This document shows, in pieces, positions 55,801 through 64,000 of a DNA stretch of 64,000 nt. The translations under genes were made by a program, and so were the position numbers. The notes beneath the pieces were generated by a model. The model was not told where the DNA came from. It was given only the letters and a program-made list of their open reading frames with translations, and did not search any database. Source of the DNA: Azolla caroliniana (Eukaryota > Plantae > Polypodiophyta); the NCBI GenBank assembly GCA_043228905.1, contig JBHGNT010000009.1, positions 21,886,001 to 21,950,000 on the forward strand. The letters are read 5' to 3'. How positions within the stretch are numbered: the first letter of the stretch is position 1; every line of letters starts with the position of its first letter.

Positions 55801-57987
55801 CGTCTAGGGTTTTCCACGTTAATCCCTGTGTGTTCGCGTTTTGTTTCTCCGTGTGGTTCCTATTTTTTGCTCCATTGATTCGCGCTTACTCGGTTGTGGC
55901 CGAGCGGTGAAGGTGAATCGAAGCGTGGATTCCCAACACTGTCGACGGCGACATACGTGATAAACAGATCACCCTCAGTACCCTTGGACGGAGACACGCC
56001 GCAGAGAGTATGGACCGGTAAGGAAGTGTGCTACCAGCATCTGAAGGTGTTCGGGTGTCTCGCGTACGTGCATGTTGCTAAAGACCGGAGAGGAAAGTTG
56101 GATCCAAAGACCCGGCCATGCATATTCCTCGGATACGGCGATGATGAGTTCGGCTACCGAGTGTGGGATCCAGTTGACAAGAAGGCTTTCTGGAGCCGAG
56201 ATATTATCTTCATGGAGGACAAGACTCTTGCCGACTGGGAGTCGGAGAAGAAGATAACGAAATCCGATGAGATTTGGACCCACCCGATTAAGAGCCGGTT
56301 GACACTTGAGGAACCAGCCGGTTACGGTGAGGATACTGAACCGGCAGAAGAAGAAGTAGAGGAAGCTAAAACCGGAACCGGCCAAGACCCCGAATCGGAT
56401 TCGGATGAAGAACAAATAGTGGAGCCGGTTGCCGAAGGCCAAAGACGGAGATATCCTCTCAGAGAGAGAAGGGCCTGCCGGAGATTTCCGGATGCAGAGC
56501 ATGTGCTGCTGACCGATGAGGGAGAGCCAGAAAGCTTCGAAGAACCGAAGGATGACACCCACAACTGCAAATGGTTAAGTGCCATGCAGGATGAGATCGA
56601 TTCCCTGCATGAGAACCATACGTACGAATTGGTGGAGTTGCCGAAAGAAAAACGAGCACTCCGAAATAAGTGGGTGTACAAGTTGAAACCGGGAGATGTC
56701 GGCAAACCCCCGAGATACAAAGCCAGGATCGTGGTGAAGGGGTTCCAATAGAAGAAGGGTGTGGATTTCGATGAGATATTTGCCCCGGTAGTAAAGATGA
56801 CTTCCATCCGGACGGTGCTGAGTATAGCGGCAAGCATGGACCTCGAGGTAGAGCAGCTGGACGTGAAGACGACATTCCTTCACGATGACCTCGAAGAGGA
56901 GATCTACATGCAGCAATCGGAAGGATTCGTGGAGAAAGGGAAGGAGCACCTAGTTTGCCGGTTGAAGAAGAGCCTGTACGGACTGAAGTAGGCTCCCCGA
57001 CAATGGTACCGGAAGTTTGACTCCTTCATGACCGACCAAGGGTATCACAAAACGCAAACCGATCGCTGCATGTTTGTAAAGAAGTTCGAAGGAGGCGACT
57101 TCCTAATACTCCTTCTGTATGTGGACGACATGTTGATTGTCGGACGGGAGCAAGCCAAAATACGGATGTTGAAGAAGGCTCTCAACCGAACTTTCTCAAT
57201 GAAAGACTCGGGCCCGGCAAGACAGATACTAGGGATGCACATCATCCGGAACCGGTCAAAGAAGCAATTGTGGTTGTCACAGGAGAAATACGTGACAAAG
57301 GTGCTTCAGCAGTTCAACATGTTAGAAGCAAAACCTGTCGGATCGACACTCCCGGCAAACTGCAGACTATTTGGTAAGCAAAGCCCGAAGACGAAAGCAG
57401 AGAAGGCGGATATGGTGAAGGTTCCATATGCCTCTGCCGTCGTGAGCTTGATGTACGCAATGGTGTGTACTCGGCCGGATATTGGATACGCAGTCAGAGT
57501 GGTGAGCCGGTTTATGAGCAATCCCCGCAAGGAGCACTGGAACGTGGTCAAATGGATACTTCGGTACTTGAAGGGCACTTCGAATATGTGTCTCCGATTC
57601 GGCTTCGATAAACCTCAACTTGACGGTTTTACCAATTCGGACATGTTGGCTGATGTGGATACCAACCGGTCTACATCCAGGTATGTAATGACATATGCAG
57701 GGGGAGCTGTTTCGTGGCAGTCGAGGTTGCGGAAGACGGTTGCGTTGTCAACTATGGAGGCAGAGTACATGGCGGTTGTGGAAGCCGGCAAGGAAATACT
57801 ATAGATGAAGGACTTCATCGGAGAGCTCGGTATCCGGCAATATGAATACCGGCTCTATTGCGACAGTCAAAGTGCCACCCACCTTGCTAAGAACGCAACA
57901 TACCATTCCAGGACGAAGCACATCCATCGTAGGTATCACTGGATCCAAGAGCGAGTAGAAGATCAAGAGTTCGCGCTGACGAAGATT
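52826..57987 (+). mobile_element. Copia D (degenerate), interrupted by solo LTR 55298-55938 and by Copia E at 57988
   Basis: 5' LTR 52826-53439; PBS TGGTATCAGGGC 53443-53454; gag from 53471; pol fragments to 57987. Confidence 0.9.
55298..55938 (+). mobile_element. Solo LTR of the Copia C/E family
   Basis: TGTTGGGA...TCCCAACA with TSD CTGTC (55293-55297, 55939-55943). Confidence 0.93.
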
Positions 57988-60900
57988 TGTTGGGATTACG
58001 GTCCCTTCGGATGGGATGGTCGGATGTCGGAGATGAATGCCGACAAGCCCGGTTGCGGTTTCGGAACCGGATGATGAAGACCCTGGCTTCGGAGCCGGAT
58101 GACGAATGTACCCGGAGAGAGATCCGGATGCGGGGACATATCTGCGAATATGTTTGCCAAGGGCCCTTGAGGCTATAGTTGTAAATAGCCCCAAAGTCAT
58201 ATGTGTATAAGTATGACTTAGGGCAAACAGTTTTAATGTTGCTACTCATTTTTCTGTTTTTCCACTCAAGAGGAGTGAAGAGAGAGAGCAGCCGTGAGAG
58301 AGATAGAGCGTGAGAGAGGAAGAGGTCGACGCCTCTGTGTAATACCGCCGCCTGTGGCAAGGACAGCGAGCTCAAGGTCGTCGCCTTGCAGCTCGCCATT
58401 GTATATTTCCCAGCGTATAGTGATAGTTGGAGGCTTGCACTCCCGTGGTTTTTCCCGTCTAGGGTTTTCCACGTTAATCCCTGTGTATTCGTGTTTTTCT
58501 CTGTGGTTCCTATTTTCTGCTGCATTGATTCGCGTTTACTCGGTTGTGGCCGAGTGGTGAAGGTTAATCGGAGCGTCGATTGCTCAACAAACTGGTATCA
58601 GAGCGGGCTGCTGCAGAAAATGGAAGGCGGTGGCAGCGGGCAGCCGGGGATGATGGTGCTGAATGCGCAGAATTATGCCGACTGGAAGATCAAGATGGAG
58701 AATCTTCTGATTGTTCGGGACCTGTACGAACCGATTGACAGGTCGGAAATACCGAAGGGGGTACTTGAGTCGGAATGGAGGCTTCTGAACCGGAAAGCCG
58801 TTGCAACCATTCGGCAATACGTCGACGTGAGCGTTCTACAACATGTAGCGAACGACATCAACGCATATGAGATGTGGCGGAAGCTGTCGGGCCTCTACGA
58901 GAGGAAGAATGCGTTGAACCGGACCTCCCTGATGAGGAAGATAGTGAACCTCAAGTACCGGGACGGCGAGAGTATGGTGGAACACGTAAGCACGTTCATG
59001 GGATTCGTGAACCAGCTTGCGGCGATCAAGTTCCCGTTGGAGGATGCAATGCAAGCCATCATTCTAATGTGTACATTGTAGCGAACGACGTGAGCGTTCT
59101 ACAACATGTAGCGAACGACATCAACGCATATGAGATGTGGCGGAAGCTGTCGGGCCTCTACGAGAGGAAGAATGCGTTGAACCGGACCTCCCTGATGAGG
59201 AAGATAGTGAACCTCAAGTACCGGGACGGCGAGAGTATGGTGGAACACGTAAGCACGTTCATGGGATTCGTGAACCAGCTTGCGGCGATCAAGTTCCCGT
59301 TGGAGGATGCAATGCAAGCCATCATTCTAATGTGTACATTGCCGGAAAGCTGGGAGAACTTGGTGGTGACTCTCAGCACCTCCTGCACGGAAGATAACTT
59401 GTCCCTACAAACGGTAAAGACAAGTATTTTGAACGAAGAAGAGCGTCGGAGAGATAAAGAACCGGCCTCCAACTCGAAGGCGCTGCTTACCGAATCGGAA
59501 CGGGGAAGGCACTGGAACCGGAGTCCGCAAAGACGGGAGAAGTCGGGGACTCGGTCGCAGTCAAGAGGAAGACCCACCTGCTTCCACTGTGGGAAGCCGG
59601 GGCACTTCCGGAAGAATTGTCGGCATTACCGAAAGGACAACGGAGCCGACGACACCGATTCGAAGAAGTCACCGGAGAGAAACGGTGCATACCGGGGAGC
59701 CACGGACCGGAGAGGTCCGGATCGGCGAGGGCAGGACCGGAAAGGAATGACGGCAGTCGCGGCAAGTGAGGAAGAAATCATGCTCATCACCGAAGAAGGT
59801 GAACTAAACATTGCCGGCGATGAGACGACCTGGGTGGTCGATTCCGGAGCATCGTTCCACCTGACCCCGGAGAGAAGATACTTCTCATCCTACACAGCCG
59901 GTGAGCATGGCTGTGTTCGGATGGGAAATGAAGGTACGTGCCGGATTGCCGGCATAGGAGACGTGTGGTTGACAACCTCGACCGGATGCAAAATGCTGCT
60001 GAAGGATGTCCGACACGTTCCGGAGGTTCGATTGAACCTGATTTCGGCCGGGAGGCTAGACGATGAAGGCTACACAGGTAGCATCCGGAATGGCGTAATG
60101 AAGTTCAGCAAGGGGAGCCTGATAGTGGCTCGGGCCCGGAAAGTCAACACACTGTACCTTATGAATGCCTGGTTGTGTCCGGAAGAGTTGAACGTGGCAG
60201 CCGACACTGCCGGTGAGTTGTGGCACAAGAGACTGTGCCACATGAGTGAGAAGGGGATGAAGAGGCTTGCAGAAGACAACCTTATTCCAGTGAAGCATGT
60301 GCACCTGGAGAAGTGCACCGATGGCCTGGCCGGTAAGCAGAACCGAACCTCCTTCCACTCAAGGCCACCGACGAGACGTAGCGCACCATGGAGTTGGTGC
60401 ACACTGATGTGTGTCAGGTAGAAACGAAGTCACATGGCGGAGCCCAGTACTTCGTAACATTCATTGATGATCATAGCCGAAAACTGTGGACGGCACCGCT
60501 GAAGACAAAGGACCAAGTGTTGTGCGTCTTCAAAGAACTCCACGCGAGAGTGGAAAGGGAATCCGGCAAGAAGCTGAAAGCGATACGAGCGGATAACGGA
60601 GGGGAATACCGGGGGCAGTTCGCGGAGTACTGTCGCTCGAAGGGAATCCGGCTCGAGTTTAATGTGCCGAAGACGCCGGAACTGAACGGGCTGGCCGAGA
60701 GGATGAACCGGACCATAATGGAGAGGGTCCGGAGTATGCTGGCGCATGCGGGATTACCCAAGGGGTTTTGGGCTGAGGCGATGTCGACGGCGACATACGT
60801 GATAAACAGATCACCCTCAGTACCTTTGGACAGAGACACGCCGCAGAGAGTGTGGACCGGTAGGGAAGTATCCTACCGACATCTGAAGGTGTTCGGGTGT

Positions 60901-63264
60901 CTCGCATATGTGCATGTGGCTAAGGACCGGAGAGGAAAGCTAGATCCAAAGACCCGGCCATGCATATTCCTCGGTTACGGCGATGACGAGTTCGGCTACC
61001 GAGTATGGGACCCGGTCGACAAGAAGATATTCCGGAGTCGTGATATCATCTTCATGGAGAACAAGACACTCGCCGACTGGGAGTCGGAGAAGAAGATGAA
61101 GAGCTCCAAGTCGACCGGTGAGGATCAACTCTACGAGGAGCAGTCCCGACCGGCAAGGGACCGGTTAGCACTCGAGGATCCGGCCGAAGACGGTGAAGAA
61201 ACAGAACCGGCCGAAGAAGATGAAAATAATACCGGAACCGGCCCCGATCCCGAAATGGATTCGGATGAAGAAGAATCGGAAGAACCGGTTACCGAAGCTC
61301 CGGAACGGAGATATCCTCTAAGAGAGAGAAGGGCCCCCCGGAGATTTTCGGAACCAGAGCACGAAGGGGAGCCGGAAAGCTTTGAAGAAGCGGAGCATGA
61401 CACCCATAGCCGCAGGTGGTTATGTGCCATGCAGGAGGAGATGGATTCCCTGCATGAGAACCACACATATGAACTTGTGGAGCTGCTGAAAGGAAAACGG
61501 GCACTCCGTAACAAGTGGGTGTTCAAGCTGAAACCGGGAGATGCCGGAAACCCCCCGAGATACAAAGCCAGGATCGTGGTGAAGGGGTTTCAGCAGAAGA
61601 AGGGTGTCGATTTCGACGAGATATTTGCCCCGGTAGTGAAGATGACCTCCATCCGGACGGTGCTGAGCATAGCGGCAAGCATGGACCTCGAGGTAGAACA
61701 GATGGACGTGAAGACGGCATTCCTTCACGGTGACCTCGATGAAGAGATCTACATGCAGCAACCGGAAGGATTCGAGAAGAAAGGGAAGGAGCACCTGGTA
61801 TGCCGGTTGAAGAAGAGCCTTTACGGACTGAAGCAGGCTCCCCGGCAATGGTACCGGAAGTTTGACTCTTTCATGACCGACGAAGGGTACCTCAAAACGC
61901 AGTCCGACCACTGCGTGTTTGTGAAGAAGTTCAAAGGAGGAGACTTTCTAATACTCCTCCTGTACGTGAACATGTTGATCGTCGGACGAGACCAGGTCAA
62001 GATACGGATGCTGAAGAAGGCTCTTCACCGAACCTTCTCAATGAAGGACCTGGGTCCGGCGAGGCAAATACTAGGGATGCACATCATCCGGGACCGGAAG
62101 AAGAAGCAGTTGTGGCTGTCACAGGAGAAGTACGTGACAAAGGTGCTTCACCGGTTCAACATGTCGGAAGCAAGACCGGTCGGGTCAACACTCCCGGCAA
62201 ACTGCAAGTTGTCCAGCAAGCAAAGCCCCAAGACAAAGGCTGAGAAGGAGGACATGATGAAAGTACCATATGCCTCTGCCGTCAGGAGCTTGATGTACGC
62301 AATGGTGTGTACCCGACCGGACATAGGATATGCAGTCGGAGTGGTGAGCCGGTACATGAGCAATCCCGGCAAAGAGCATTGGAACGCGGCCAAGTGGATA
62401 CTCCGATACCTGAAGGGCACGGCAAACGTGTGCCTCCGATTCGGCTCCGGTAAGCCCGAACTCGACGGCTTCACCGATTCGGATATGTCGGCTGATGCAG
62501 ATACCAGCCGGTCCACATCAGGGTATGTGATGACGTATGCAGGGGGAGCTGTTTCATGGCAGTCGAGGCTGCAGAAGACGGTTGCGTTGTCAACCACGGA
62601 GGCGGAGTACATGGCGGCTGTTGAAGCCGGCAAGGAAATAATATGGATGAAGGACTTCATTAGAGAGCTCGGTATCCGGTAGGAGGAGTACCGACTCTAC
62701 TGCGACAGTCAGAGTGCAATCCACCTTGCGAAGAACGCGGCCTATCACTCCCGGACGAAGCACATCCAACGAAGATATCATTGGATCCGGGAAAGGATAG
62801 AAGACAAGGAGTTCGTGCTGACGAAGATCCACACGGACGAGAACGGGTCGGATATGCTGACCAAGGTGCTCACACCCGACAAGCTGGAAGCATGCCGGAA
62901 GAGGATCGGATTGGAGAGACATCCCATGCCGAAGTGAAGGGGGAGTTTGTTGGGATTACGGTCCCTTCGGATGGGATGGTCGGATGTCGGAGATGAATGC
63001 CGACAAGCCCGGTTGCGGTTTCGGAACCGGATGATGAAGACCCCGGCTTCGGAGCCGGATGACGAATGTACCCGGAGAGAGATCCGGATGCGGGGACATA
63101 TCTGCGAATATGTTTGCCAAGGGCCCTTGAGGCTATAGTTGTAAATAGCCCCAAAGTCATATGTGTATAAATATGACTTAGGGCAAACAGTTTTAATGTT
63201 GCTACTCATTTTTCTGTTTTTCCACTCAAGAGGAGTGAAGAGAGAGAGCAGCCGTGAGAGATAG
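57988..63264 (+). mobile_element. Copia E (same family as C); 3' LTR interrupted by a LINE
   Basis: 5' LTR 57988-58589; PBS-Met 58593-58604; PPT; 3' LTR from 62948. Confidence 0.95.
58620..62937 (+). pseudogene. Copia E gag-pol (263-bp gag duplication, frameshift about 60388, YVDD reduced to YVN, stop at 62680)
   Basis: ORFs 58386-59081, 58874-60421 and 60388-62682 are collinear with Copia C. Confidence 0.92.
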
Positions 63265-63276
63265 ATAGATAGATAG

Positions 63277-64000
63277 ATTATATTATCGTCTTCGGAGATC
63301 AAATATGACCTATGAGACCAAAAATATTACATTTCACGTGATACGTGTGAAAGTGAGTAGTGACTCTCGATGTTCAAGAACTTTACCAATGAATGTTGCA
63401 ATCGAGAGTGCACATTGTGGTTGTGAGAGGAATTCATGCAAAGATTGGGCTCGATCGAAGAGATGTGGAAAGCATGGTCGAATATGATCAAAGGCAGAGC
63501 ATTGTATCAAAGTGTGATACTCAGACTCGCGAACTTGTTTAGGGCAAAGTGTGCATAACCGACCACTCTCATCACTTGTACCCCAACGCCCTGTTTCACA
63601 TCGCAATGCATGTGAGCTAAGTCGCATGGAAGCAATGGTTCGAATGGCAGATAACGGTATGGGCTCTAACATGTATGGATGTGTACGATTTCCCCGTTCC
63701 GCAAAGAATATGGTTTTGTAGTTAGGTGCAACATGTGTAGTATAATGTGTGAAGCGTGAGCCTCCACATTTGTCCCATGTCATGATACATTGGCGTTGCA
63801 AAAATGCCTCATTTATAGAGGAATCTAATGATGCATCATGAAGCAAGTGTCTCGCATCCCATCTACCAAACCATTTTTCTATATCTTGCATCCAACCGGA
63901 ACACAAAATTTTGCTTTTATGCGTCTTTTGGATCTTTTTGCTTGCTTCCCACGCAATTCTAGGAAGTCGATGTGAGGGACTTTTTTGAACCTTAAGCATG
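63277..64000 (-). mobile_element. LINE (RTE-X/L2-like) ORF2 C-terminus and 3' end with (TATC)n tail; runs off the window
   Basis: ORF 63334-63999 contains RLSSHALRCETGRW...RLCTLC...ESEYHTLIQC; (GATA)n at about 63259-63276. Confidence 0.85.

Overview
This 64-kb window is repeat-saturated eukaryotic DNA with no recognisable host gene. It is probably from a non-seed land plant, inferred from Met-primed Copia elements, a Tcn1-type chromovirus, Trp-primed non-chromovirus Gypsy elements and RTE-X/L2-like LINEs. It is a stack of nested retroelements, and most insertion boundaries resolve to the base from LTR termini, PBS, PPT and target-site duplications (TSDs). It holds six Copia copies and several solo or partial LTRs, two Trp-primed Gypsy elements, a Gag-only non-autonomous relative of them, one intact young chromovirus, four LINE fragments and a Mutator-type MITE. 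The most striking item is an intact endonuclease-less Penelope-like retroelement (about 16534-19830). Its Pro/His-rich ORF1 is joined to the RT ORF by a canonical -1 frameshift signal (A_AAA_AAC plus a GC-rich stem), and it carries a TATA box and a type-I hammerhead ribozyme at its 3' end. Other notable signals are tRNA-like Pol III A/B-box modules in the LTRs of three Gypsy families, a conserved G_GAU_UUU plus pseudoknot frameshift placed after the protease, a Tf1-type self-priming site aligned with a TATA box, and shared E2F/RY promoter motifs. All calls come from manual reading; no database search was run.
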